Below are positions 50,001 to 63,100 of a stretch of DNA of 64,000 bases, piece after piece. The position numbers were made by a program, and so were the translations under genes. The DNA is taken from the NCBI GenBank assembly GCA_964035545.1, contig OZ037773.1, positions 7,717,751 to 7,781,750 on the forward strand, given 5' to 3'. Numbering within the stretch: position 1 is the stretch's first letter; each line of letters opens with the position of its first letter. Source of the DNA: Bugula neritina. Taxonomy: Eukaryota > Animalia > Bryozoa. The notes beneath the pieces are model-generated. The model was not told the origin of the DNA. It searched no databases and saw only the letters and a program-made list of their open reading frames with translations.

Positions 50001-52294
50001 CTCGGTGAATACTGGTGGTAGTTGTTTTGCGTAGTTCTAATAGAAAGTAAATTCATTCTCATAGTTTAGTAGACCATGATTGGAACGGAAAGTTGAAAAA
50101 CTAAGGCTATCATCTATGTGCAGTCTCCTAACCCTTAAAAGTTACACCAATTATAGACTGTAAATGTACAAAACTATATCTATAGATAGGCAAACAGATG
50201 ACTTTTATTAAACAATAATTTTGTTCAATTACATAAAACATATGTTTCAAATTTCTCAATCCATTTTTAATTAATTATTATTTCAGTTTACAGTTTTTAA
50301 TATATGCTTACATGTTACCTACTCAGAAAGTCATTATTGCACCCTCCTTTCAACTAATGACTTCACTATAAACCATTTAAATTTTTGTGGTAGACAATTA
50401 AAACCTTTAACAAAGGTAACAGACAGCAAATCATTTACACACCTTTCCTTCGCCGCATTTAGACGGCGCTGTCTGTCCATGGCGTCTTGCTCCAACCGCC
50501 ATCTTACAAACTCTTGATTAGATCTTTCACTAGCAGCATTCTAAAGTTAAATAATATGCATCATTAATTTGCACATGTTTGCAGGGATGACGACTTTTAA
50601 GTACTACTTTGAAAACTATTTAACTACCTAGCATTGTATAATATCACATTAAATATATACACATACTGGCATTAGCTGTGCCCGACACCTGCTAGCACTG
50701 GTTATGCCTTGACACATGCAAGAGTGGCGACATTATGACACCTAATAGTAATGGCTATGTGGTGACACATGCGAGACTGCTTAACTATGACACCTGCTAG
50801 CACTGGTCAGGGCATGACACCTGCTAGCAATGGCCACATCTTGGTATAGCTAGACACAAATCTGGCACCGTAGTTTGCTAGATTATGATGTCTTGGAGCC
50901 AGTTTTCAATTTTAAAGCATAGTGCTTGTGATACCCAAATTTGCAATAATGTACAATAATGGAGATATGCTAATCCTACAAGATATGCTGCTACAAGGAA
51001 GGTGCACTTTACTGATGAATTCCAGACTGTGCAGACAGGTTACAATGTACAACACTGATTGGGCTCTTACTCGTACAAAAAATTAGTGAAAATATTTTCA
51101 ACTATGGGACAACACATTATTTACTGACCATCTAGTGTTAGCAGTTGGTATACAGAGTGGTGTACTACTACATTACAGTGAAGTAATACAGTGTTACAGA
51201 ACACATTACGTTAAGTGAACAATGTTACAGAACACATATTACAATGAATGGTAAGGTTTTATCAAAATAATTGTACGCTACTGAAGCATACATTACAGTG
51301 AATGTTAGCTAGGGTATGTTACAGAAATGTTACAGATGAAGCATAAGCTCACAATAACCTCACCAAACTCAAACCCTTTCTACTGTCTCTAATATATGCA
51401 GTTCTCTTCAGAGCAGAAAATATTGCATTCTAAAAGAAGCACCCTGCATATATTTCTACTCTATCAAATATCTGAGAGAAACATTAGTGTAATATTGCTT
51501 GAAATTGTTATTAAGATTTAGTAAAAAGCACACAAAGTTCAGCAGACAATCACTTTCTGAGCTTGAGCTGAACCGCCAAGCAATATCGCTGCCATTTACA
51601 AGTTGGGTTTCACACATCTACGTAAAATACTATGAGAAAATGCTTTGTTAGGTAATCATAAGCTTACCATCAGAGAGAAATATTCTAAATATCACACAAA
51701 GAGCTATAAGTGCCCACCTTGCTAGTGTTCAGGGCCTGATCCCTGCCTAAGACTGAGTTCTGATTATTGTAGTTTAAAGGTTCTAAGGGACGGGACTTAT
51801 CGTACCCCTCTTTCTTTCTAGCACGGTGATGTGAAGTTCCTGCAGAGTTTGAGTGAGGCAGTAACTGGTTCCTTTGCCTAAAGAAATTTCTAACTCCACC
51901 TGAAAATGTAACAATTAGTTATCAACAGTACATTGACTCAATAACACAAATAACATACAAGTGACACCATGACACAGTGACACAGGTGATATACAAGTGA
52001 CACAGAAACCAAGGTGGCACATTTGCAGAAGTGATGCAGTAATACAGATGACACAGTCACACAAATGACACAGTGACACAAGTGGCAGGTTATCGGGATG
52101 ACATAGCAACACAGGTGACACAGACAGATTCTCAGAGTAATAAAAGTGACAGGAGTGACACAGTACTACAATTGATGAGTAACACAAATGACAGAGTTTC
52201 ACAGGTGGCAGGTTATCAAAGGTGACACAGTAATGCAGGTGTCAGATAATGCCATCAAATAACAAATACACTATATTTACATATTGCACTATAC

Positions 52295-52363
<69 letters not shown>

Positions 52364-53752
52364 CAACAACATAAATAAAGTTTACATATTATGTCAAGGC
52401 CAAGTTAAGCATATGATAGTGACACTTAAATTTTATAGAAGGAATTAAACAAAACAAAAACAATTCTGTTATAGTTTAAGCTTGCTTTTGTTAGCTTACT
52501 ATTATGAGGAGTCAATTAAACCAAAAATAGGAAAATTAATGAAAGTTGACTACAAAACTTTGTAATATAAGCATTTCACTACATGAAGTCCCACAATGAT
52601 AAGAGAAACAAGTAAAGTGAAAACTAAATATATGGCAAACTGCCATGTTGCCATAGCAACAGTAACACTGAAGACAGGCTACCTGGAGCACTGGAAGAGT
52701 CTGTGTGTCTCTCATCAATATCTGTGTACCTTCTCAGAGCAACTTCTCGTTTCTGCTGCTCAGTGTTTATATGTTTGATGAGTTTTTCCTCTTTTTCTTT
52801 CAATATCTTTTTCTGAGACAGATAAAAGAATAATTTAGCCTGTTCGTGTAATAATAATAATAGCAATAGCTTAATGACTTTTACAAAAATTGTTAGATAC
52901 AAAGCTGGAAATTATGTAATAACTAAATATGTGATGCAAAGACTTGATTTTAATTGTATTCAAGTTACTCAAATATCAAAGGAGATAAATTTGTTAGCAC
53001 AAATGGGATTGGCTTATTAGATGAAGGTTCTTTGCTAATGTTTTCTAATGGGTACTAAAAGGCTATCACTGTGTAAAAGCTTTTAAGTAATTTAGCTAGA
53101 ACTGTAAGTTAACAAACATCAATATTTGAATAACTATAATAATAATTTCATTACAATAATAAATAGTTAAGAGTTTACTGCTCTATATTCTCAGTCTTCA
53201 TGCTATTTGAGCAAAATTGATAAAACAATGCAGCCTTAATATAAATGATGGGATTGTATAATAATTATAATAAAGTAATAATATGTAAATGGCACATTCT
53301 AACCAATAGAAATATATAATATACTATAAGTAATTATAATATATTTTGAGAAAGCGATTAGCATAATTAGCATTGTTTACCTGATCCATGTCAGTCAAAA
53401 TGAATAAAAATGAAACCAGAACTGCTTGGTTTTCATATAGCCAGGAATGATCATAACAAAAATATTAACAAATAAACATTTTAGTAACAATTGAAACTTT
53501 ATGACATGCAGCACGCTGTGCACAAGATAGCGTTTAGGACACAACTATAAAAATATAAATACTACATAAAATAATAAGCAAAAGACAAAAAATTATTACA
53601 GATACTGGTATATAAAAATATGACCGCTTGATTAATACCTGAAAATCAGCTTGCAAGGCAACAAGCCTACTAGGCTTAGAGTTTCTTTTAGGGTTTGACT
53701 CTTGGAAGGTTGAAGGCATTATTCTACTTTGGGGTTGTCCCACCGACATCAT
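47047..53752 (-). CDS. ZC2HC1C: Zinc finger C2HC domain-containing protein 1C-like (coiled coil plus two C2HC fingers), about 567 aa, 9 coding exons
   Basis: Exons 53752-53639, 52812-52683, 51899-51718, 50540-50443, 50036-49763, 49363-49133, 48608-48389, 47806-47610 and 47304-47047. Fingers CANCGRKFAVDRLSKHQKAC and CPHCSRKFNETAAERHIPKC, linker DWRAKHNEFIATIR, and N-terminal GYDKSRPLEPL. Two C-terminal fingers after a long N-terminus fit 1C rather than 1A. The exon 6 acceptor (AAG at 49364) is less certain. Confidence 0.85.
48940..49130. repeat. ~17-bp minisatellite (acttgatataaaatatg) abutting a minus-strand donor
   Basis: About 11 copies ending at the donor at 49132. Confidence 0.9.
49418..49758. 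repeat. 22/28-bp minisatellite (catgctactgtaacacctctacta) filling most of ZC2HC1C intron 5
   Basis: About 13 copies starting at the donor at 49762. Confidence 0.95.
50680..50860. repeat. Degenerate ~27-bp repeat (gacacctgctagcactgg)
   Basis: About 6 imperfect copies. Confidence 0.7.
51955..52250. repeat. Degenerate GTGACACA-rich tandem tract, followed by (TA)n at 52297-52361
   Basis: Many gtgacaca/tgacacag units near the acceptor at 51900. Confidence 0.75.
52647..52660. promoter_or_regulatory. RFX X-box GTTGCCATAGCAAC in ZC2HC1C intron 2
   Basis: Exact match to GTNRCC-N2-RGYAAC. Confidence 0.6.
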
Positions 53753-54414
53753 CTAACTATATCTGTAGAGAATGAAAAGTATCCACTAAATTATATGATG
53801 TAAAGAAGACTTTCCATCAATAAATATTAACTAATTAATATACCCACTCTTATTTAAAAACTACCAAACCAGAAAATATTATTATAGATCTATAATTACA
53901 CCACTATTACTTTTAGTATTACTATTGTCATTATTATTTAATGGCATTTTAGTGTTGAGTTAGCACAAACATCTGTTTCAAGAAAAAACACTTTTATGTT
54001 TCCATTTGTACATTCACTAATAAATACAAAATGAAAGGTTTACTGCAACCTACCAATTTTTTATATCATTAGTAAGCTATAAATTTATATAAAATATAGA
54101 TATTTTAGTAAAAAATATAACATAAAGATATGTGCATAAAAACTCAGCAATATAAAGGGGCAAGCATAAAAAGGTATTTTATGAATGCAGCATTCTTATG
54201 ATTATGACTTATGAGATGTCAAATAATACTTTCTAAAAGTTATATTTTGATTTTATGTTTTCCTGCTTTGCAAATTTTCAACATTTAAAACTCTGTTTTT
54301 GCTAAATCCTAAACTTTAATGACACAAAAACGCATCAGAAGATTTTTAGGCTTAGTTAGTTTCTAAATCTATTACATTGTCACAGCTATACTTGAGCTAT
54401 TTGTTAAAACTTAA

Positions 54415-54529
54415 AGACTACAGTGATATACTCAATCTATCACTGTAGTCTGTAAATGTAGCGCTATAACTATCAGTATCAGTTTAAGACTGATACTGAT
54501 AGTATCAGTTTAAGACTGATACTGATAGT
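54415..54529. repeat. Two adjacent perfect inverted repeats (14-bp and 15-bp stems) plus a 26-bp duplication
   Basis: agactacagtgata-N9-tatcactgtagtct (54415-54451); actatcagtatcagt-ttaag-actgatactgatagt (54469-54503); partial copy at 54504-54529. Confidence 0.92.
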
Positions 54530-57132
54530 CATAATTATAGTGCTACAAGTAAAAGTAACAATCCTTTTATACAATACCCATTACTATTACTATTAGTATT
54601 TGTTATCAGTTATAATCTTTACAAAAACTAGGAAGCTTGTTATAACTGTAAGTAATAGTATGACTGTAACAGCATCACGACCACAATCAACATAAATATA
54701 ATTATTATGATGACCTTTATTGACGTTGTAATTATAATAATAATCATAGTGATAAGACATAGTCATAACCATTATGATTATGATTGATTGATTCACAAGT
54801 TGAAGCTCATAAAATTAAATCATTAAACGTACTTACTAATTATCAAAATTATATTTTCTAATTGTGACTAGAAAAATAGTGCAAAAAATTGTTGTTTAAA
54901 AGGACATGCTTATTGAATTTGATTGAGCGTAATGGCTAATAAACTAAAACTAAAAATCAAAATGATGGAGTGTATTTATTGCATCTCAGAAATGTAGAAT
55001 TAAAATGCAAGCCGGACAATAATCCGCGTTATGAACTAAAATACATTGTTTTATGCTAAAAGTTGTTTGCTATTTTAATTTTTCAATTTATTTTGAACAA
55101 ATAATTTTTTGATAATTTAACGTAAAAAAACAACAAATATAACGTTTTAAACTGAAAATAGCAAAATCAGATACAAGTGTCGAGTGCGCGTAGAAGTAAT
55201 GCTTATTTATAAGTTGTCAACGCAACGATGACATAGCCCACGTGCTTTGTGTAGATATCATAATTATTATTGCGCCCTATTATATGAACGGAAACGGACT
55301 TTGGGTTTTCACACACTTTGCAGATCTGTCGACCTCACTATAGACATAAACATTTATAACACATAATTAAAATTAAAAAAAATAAACATTAAATATAACA
55401 TAAATAAACTACTTTTACAAAATACACAAAAAATAATTTTGACAACATTGCTTTATTACGAGACTATATTAGCTACAGTTCTTAAATGCTCGGTTTAAAA
55501 TAAGTAAGTTTGGCTACCCAACAACATAAGTTGTTTGAAACATTTTATATGGAACATGTGTTATATTTCGCGATTCAATTTCCATTATTGATAATAGTAA
55601 AATAATATTCAGTGTGATCTTTGATAATAATATTGTTATTATTAATATTATACTTATAGTACTGTAGCACCTACTATTAGACGCACTCATAGAGATACCA
55701 GTTTCTGAAGGAGAATCTTTTTACACAATTGCCTAACGTTAATGAGCAGTAAGTAGTAAATCAGTATGAGTAGCACCAATTACAGATATTATTTTTTTGG
55801 TGTTTAAGACAATGTCATCACTTATTCTTAAATCTGAAGTCATCACTTTTACTTTTAGTTTTACTTTTAGTTTTAGTAAAACTGAGATTTAGTTTTATCA
55901 CTCATCAGACTCAGTATTAAATGTTTATAATTGTTAACTTATATTATAACTTTAACTTGTAAAATTAAGTTATAATCATTATAAAAATAATTATAATTAA
56001 ATGTAGTGTTACACTTACTGTTAGTGCCCAGCGCCATGGCCTAATCCTATGCGTATGGCTATGCCTATTGGACTTGGAGGTAGTAATCTGAATTACTATC
56101 AGTATCAGCGTCACTATCAGTAATTTTGATACTTATAATTACTTAATCTTATAGTTATCGTTTAAGCTTCACTCAATAGTATACGTACAGTTATACTATT
56201 AGTAATAGTATTACTAGCACTTTTGATTAATTATCATTAAATTTCAAATTGAAATTAGAGTTACACAAATTGAAAATTCAATTTTAATTTGTTAGAAATT
56301 TCAATTGAATAAAAATAAAACAGTTAGAGTAAAAGTAAAAGTGGCTATTAAAATTAGTATTACTGCTAGTACCACAATTAGTATTAAATTTATTTAAACG
56401 TGCCCTTTTGTGAAATTTTGACATTCATAATAATATTCATTTTTTTTTTAAATTTGGTAACATAAAACATTTCAAATATTATAATACAAGACATAAATAA
56501 TTGTAATAATGATTTTTAAGTGGTAATAATCATACTCATAATGATAAACTTGAAATAATAATGATTTAGATTTACCTTAAAATACAAAGCAATGGTATAA
56601 ATAAACGTGTTTGAAAAGCAGAAAAATTAAAAACCCTCTTAAGGGAATAAATGTAAGTCTGACTCGCCAGCTAAAACATTTTGCCCGCTGAGGCAACAAT
56701 TGCAAGATTAGCTTTAAGATTAATGATTTCTATAAGGTAAAATGCTTAATTTATGGGTATGTAACAACACAGCTCAAAGATGTTGATGCATTCGCTATCA
56801 CAATATACACATTTTTCAACAGTCTTCTCTCTTTTCAATCATCTCTAGTCTTTCAAGTTGTTGACTAACCAGTCTATGCCCAGCAGAAACGTTATTCCGC
56901 GTACATTTTTATATTATATGCACGGAAGACTTCTAGTTGACTTCATCAGCCAATCACTGGAATTGCAACGTCAAGAGTTATAGATTCATTGTATATAAAT
57001 TGGATAACTAATACATTTTTTTCCAGAAACTAAAAGATTTAATAATAAATATATATTTCCAGTTTACTAGTTTTCATAAAACTTGTATTTTAAGATTGAA
57101 TCACTTCTCACCACTGCTTCTCACACGGTTCC

Positions 57133-60100
57133 ATGGAGCTGGAATTGGACAGTGAAACCCCACAGCTAGCTAATGAAGAGTCCACTGCTACTGAAACTGA
57201 TCAGGTTAGTCAGTATTTTGCACAAAAATAACAAATAATAACTTTTCAAAAGGTTTGTTTATATTTTCCCCAACGTTTTTGTAACCTGAGAAACTAATAC
57301 AAACTGTTTAGTACCCAATCTGAAGATAACCATTATTTATAAAAATTAAATAATTGTAGTTTTTATTGTTTTACCATTCTGCAAATTAAGGTAACTAGTT
57401 TTGCATTATGATTTTGGAAATAAAAAAGCTATCACGTTTGTCACATTTCATATTATCAAATGCGTAGTGATTAATTTTGTTAACTTTCAAAATGAGCTCA
57501 TTCTACCTATTCTATAAATCTTGAAATGTCGTGAAATTGCTCATTAAATCTTAGTGCCAAATATTAACTACCTTATAACCAGTCCCAAACTTTTCAGGAT
57601 ACAGGTCTAAAGGCTACATGGATAGATTTTGAATTAAATTTAATATTATTACAAGAATCTCTCATAAGCTAGCATTTATTGAAAAGTTAATCCCACTCAA
57701 TGTTGATGCAATTAGAGACATAAATTACGCAGCTGCAAAATAAGCATGATTTTGATGACAACTGACAGGAGAGTGACAAAACAATGAATGATTAATCTAA
57801 AATTTTATTGCAATATGACAAATACACAAGAAGAATGCAGCACAAAGAACCATTGAGGGAATAGCTAGTGCAATTATAAATATCAAACTGCTAACAATCA
57901 GAAGTTGAATGAAATAATTTTTCAAGGTTATAAGATTTGCAAATGATTACTCTGAGCTGTTGTAATTTTTGCTATTTTTTGCAAATCTTATTGATTTCTA
58001 TTAGTAAAATTAGAATACAGATCTTTGACACAATTCTCTTATTTTTAGGCTTTGTTCCATGCAATTTGCTGTACTTTCCCAGTTTGCCTTGGTACTGTGT
58101 ACTTTGTTTTGGGTTCTGCTATTAGCCTGTGTTCTATGTTGTGCAGGATAAATCAGAGTTTTCTGGTTCTGGGGAGAATGGGCTAAAGCATGGTGATTCA
58201 ACTATAGTCATTCACCCTGGCTCATTGCATTTGAGAATAGGTCTAGCCTGTGATTCCATGCCCAAAACTATCCCACACTGCATTGCATGGAGGAGTAGGA
58301 ACAGCAGTGACTCAAATATTGTACCCTGGATATCCAGACCTGAGACAGAGGTATGCAGGTGCTTGACATGCTGTGGCTTGACAGGGCAAGTGTGTGTCCT
58401 GCTTCTGTCTTGCCTTTTTGTTAGAGTTTCTGTGGATATATATTCTAAAATATCATAATATACTGTAATGTATATCATCGTAATGTAATATATATAATGT
58501 ATTACGTATATTATTTACTAAAATTTAATAGAAGATTATCTTTGCTTCTGAAGAACATACACATTGTATTAGTGTAATATAATATATTGCATATTGAAAT
58601 AATGTAATGGATTATAATATATGATGTATTTTATTGCAATATAGTATAATGTGTCATAATATATAATATAATGTATCAAAATAGAGTATAATGTATAATA
58701 ATATAATATAATATAATGTATCAAAATATAATATAATGTATCATAATATAATAATAATCATGATATAATATAATATGTTGTAATATAATATACTATAGTA
58801 CATTTACATCTGTTTGCCTCAGCATGGGGAGGCTATAAGGATGGTCATAACTTCTGGTATGATTGCTCAGAGACAACTCGGTGACTTACACAAGACTAAC
58901 GGCAAGTTCAGACAAGCCACGTCTGCTGATCAGGTCAGCATGAGTCAGCATTTCACGCTGCCACAGGGCTGCCGTGGGGCTATGTGTGTACCCACGTATA
59001 CTACTTTGTACTTTGATGGTCATCTTGTACTCCATCACTGTGACAATATCTTAATAATATAATTGTTCCTTCTACCTGCATCTAGAATGCTGCGTGAAAA
59101 AATAAGTTAATTGAATTAAATCAAATAAATTATGAACTAACACTGGCGGTGATACCAGAAAGTGTAAATTAGTAATATTTGGTATTACTACTTGAAAACT
59201 AAGTTATCACTAGTAATTATGTTGACTAAAAGTAAAAGTTTGCTATTTGAAGCTGCCTCACTACAGTCCACACTGACTGACTAGTTCATCAAATACTGTG
59301 CTATTGCAGAGAAACTGCAGATATCTGTTGAAAGATAAACGCTTTTGTGAATTCATCAAACAGCTAGACAAGCTTGTGAAATTCTTACTAGAGTTTCTTT
59401 CATCTCAAAGCTACATTTTAGAATACATATTATACTATATACCATAGACTATTCTTATTTTCCAGCTGGCTAGTTTAAACGACATCATAGACGGTGATGA
59501 GTCGGATGTGAAGTCTCAGCTGCAGTGGACGGATGTGGAAACAGACCAACCTGAGTATGTGATTGGTGAAGACGCCTTGTATCTGGACCCAGAGAGTGGC
59601 TACCACATGATCTGGCCAATCAGCTATGGCGAGCTGAACGTATCGGCCCAGCCAGGTCACACGGTAGCCAACATTACACAGAGTCTAGAAACTTTGTGGT
59701 CTTCTGCAATAGAGAAGTTTCTAGATATACCAAAAGCGGAGTTCAAGGTGAAGAGTGAATTGAATACTCCTTTAAATTTGCATTAGATCTGCTTTATTGT
59801 ATAAATGCATCTCAGATAGACTAGATGTACAAAAATGAACTCGTTTTGAGTCTTTCAGTTTCCACAATGCATGTCTAAATATCAACCTATGATGTAGTTA
59901 AACACTGGCTGCTACTTTAACATTTCAAACTAATGAACAACTGTACAGTTTTATGTTTTCGTACTGGCAATAGATACACAATATAAAATTTCTTATACTC
60001 TTTATATTCCCTCAACATATATTCAGGACGTTATATATGAAACACACCACAAAATATTGCCTGCTCTACCATATAGTATATGATTTAGGACTATACATGC

Positions 60101-63100
60101 ATTCTCCTCATCCCCGATATCTTCAACAGATCTCATATCAGGGCTATGATGCAGATAATACTTGAACGGCTCAACTTTTCTGCAGCTTTTCTCATCCAGG
60201 TAAGCTGATATTTTGTAGTATTATGGAATTTTAATATTCCGTGAAGCTTACATTTCACTTGCAAAATGTCAACTCCTTCAGTGAACTGGCACGCTAGTCA
60301 AATAAATAAACACATAATTAAAGTACCAGAATAATCAATATATTGAATAATGGTAATGGAGGGGGCAGTAAGTTAAGACTATAAAATAAATAAATTTTTA
60401 TTTTTAAGCAAATATCATGTTATCACGTTACAGAGTTTTTTAGTAACAAATAATTTCATGTTTGTTTTAAAATATTAATTTGAAGTTGAAATGTTGAAAG
60501 TTGAAGTTGAAATAAGTGAACTCAAATAAACCTCTTACTTTTGGTATGTGTCACATCATTTAATTAAACCCAATAACCGTCTCTTATTTAAAGGATCTAT
60601 CTGTAAAAATAAGGCGCTATTATTTCAAATATTTAAAATTTAACTAATTAATGGAAAGAAATTGAACTAATTATGGCTTTGCATGTCATTAAATGTGGAA
60701 GGGTGTAGCAAAACTAAGATTTTGCATTTTAAAAAGATAACTCTGTGAATGAAATGGGTGTTCTATTCAATACATATACTCACTTTGTTACTAGCTCTGT
60801 TATAAATATCAGCATAGTCCATAAAAAGAGTCATATGTGTGGAAGTTGTTCATATCTCCAACTTATTATGGCTGTTCAGGAATCGGTATGTGCCGGGTTT
60901 GGGGTCGGGTTGAGCAGTGTGTGCGTTGTGGATGTTGGAGATCATAAAACTAGCATAGCCTGTGTGGAAGATGGAATCTCTCTGGAACCCAGCAGGTCGG
61001 TTGGGTGTCTGTACCTCCCCTATCAATATAATAATAGCATTTTGATATGGCGTATAATATGGTGTATGTGTAGAATAACACTGCGATATAGTGGATAGTA
61101 TATACTATTATATGTAAAATAACATTGTGGTAAGGTGTATAGTTATATTATTATGTGTAGAATAACGCTGCGATATGGCGGCAGAGATATTACCCGAACA
61201 TTTTCCTGGCTGCTGGATCACATCTCCTTCCCATACATAGACTGTCAGCTGGACACCAACGTGCTGGATACACTTCTGCTGCAAGAACTGAAACATTCCT
61301 ATTGCCACATGGATACAGTGAGTAAATATTACTACAGCTATACTCTACTATACTATACTATATTCTATACTATACTACTCTATACTATACTATACTATAC
61401 TACTCTATACTATACTATACTATACTATACTACTCTATTCTATGTTACACTCCTCTATTCTACACTATACTACTTTATTCTACACTATTCTATACACCAA
61501 TTATTTTTTAATATAACTTTGTTACATCTGCTCTCACTTAAATTTGTCATTATACCCAGATTTACTCATTTTGCTAAGTTTTCCATTTTCCCTGCTGTCA
61601 TATAAGCACTGAAATCATCTAAACTGTAGGGTGAGATCTTCTTTGTAGCCCCAGTTCCATTGTTACAGGACTCAGTTGGTACAGAGGAGATTCACTTTCA
61701 AGTGAGACCACCCGCAAGCAATATTGTCCGCTACTCGATGCACGTGGGAGATGAGAGAATTGTGCCCACCTTAGCCGTCTTCTGGCCGGACATGTTTGGA
61801 CTGCAGGGTCAGTGAATGTGTTCAGTATAGCGGCTCTGCAGTACACAACAATCAGTGTTTTGAAGAATTTCAACTGATTTATATACTTTAGATCTGCAGA
61901 TGTTGAAACGTTGAGTTTTCACTCCATATTCTTACCTGTATTCCTATGGGTTACGGTTCAAAATCTACACAATCCTCACAATTTAAAATTATAGTTTTTT
62001 TAAAATTATGTTTTTGAGAGTAATTATATTAGAATTAGATATATGAAAAGGAAAAAAAGATATTAAGAAAGTAAAAGCTCTGCAGTTGTACAGTGGTAAA
62101 TTATATTAGGGAATGAATCTAATTTTGTGGATTTAAGTTAATATTTGTTATGAAGGAATACAGCAGAAACACCTAAATACCTCCCTCCTCTTGCCAACGT
62201 ATTTTAAATTTTTGTTCTTTTTCAGTTTTTTGCCAAAAAGTAAAATGTTTACAGAAACTAACAGACGCTTACTATTAGCTATGTCTGGTTGTCGCTTTCA
62301 GGTGACAAGCTGTTGTTGAATGGTGCTTATAAGGATAATGATCACACTGATGTCTTGGATGCAGACTATATCCACCAGACTAGAAGTAAGCAGGAAGAGG
62401 TCAGTTAATTTTAACTGATAGCAGCAGTAAAACTAATAATAGTAGTAACGGCAGCAGCGACATCAGCAGCAACTATGGGTTATGTATAATTTAAACTGGA
62501 ATTGTTGCGTTATCAAATAGATCGACTGGTATTACAATAGAATTAACAATTGATTTATTTAATAATATTTATTTGTTTATTATTTATCAATAGTTATTAA
62601 AGTAATTAATATTTATTATTTATGAATCATTTATTAATAGTTAATGCAATTAATCAGCTAGAATTAATGACATTTCTAAAAGTTTTCGCCTCTTGAAATG
62701 ATTCATGCTCCGGCTTTTTTTCCTTTCCATGAAGTTGTAAGGATTTAAATACACAATTACCATGTAAAGTGGAGGTATTTCATTTTATTAGTGAAAATGA
62801 TTTTATCGAAATTTGACCTCGTTTGAAACACATTGATAGTAGTAACTGTTGCATACGTGTGTGCAGTGCAAGTAACGATTCCATTAATGATCTTTGTGAG
62901 TGTGTGTAGAGTGCGAGACTGGCCGCCTTGAAGAAGAAGGAGCTGGCCAATCAACCGGAAGACTCCATGTTAGACGAGTCTTCTCAGAGGGATTTAGACG
63001 AGGACATGGATGCGGGGGATGACCCTGTCCCCCCTACCAGCTCCAGTAAACACTCAGATGGGTATGCTGTCCAATAGCTGTGCTCGTATTATGCATCTGT

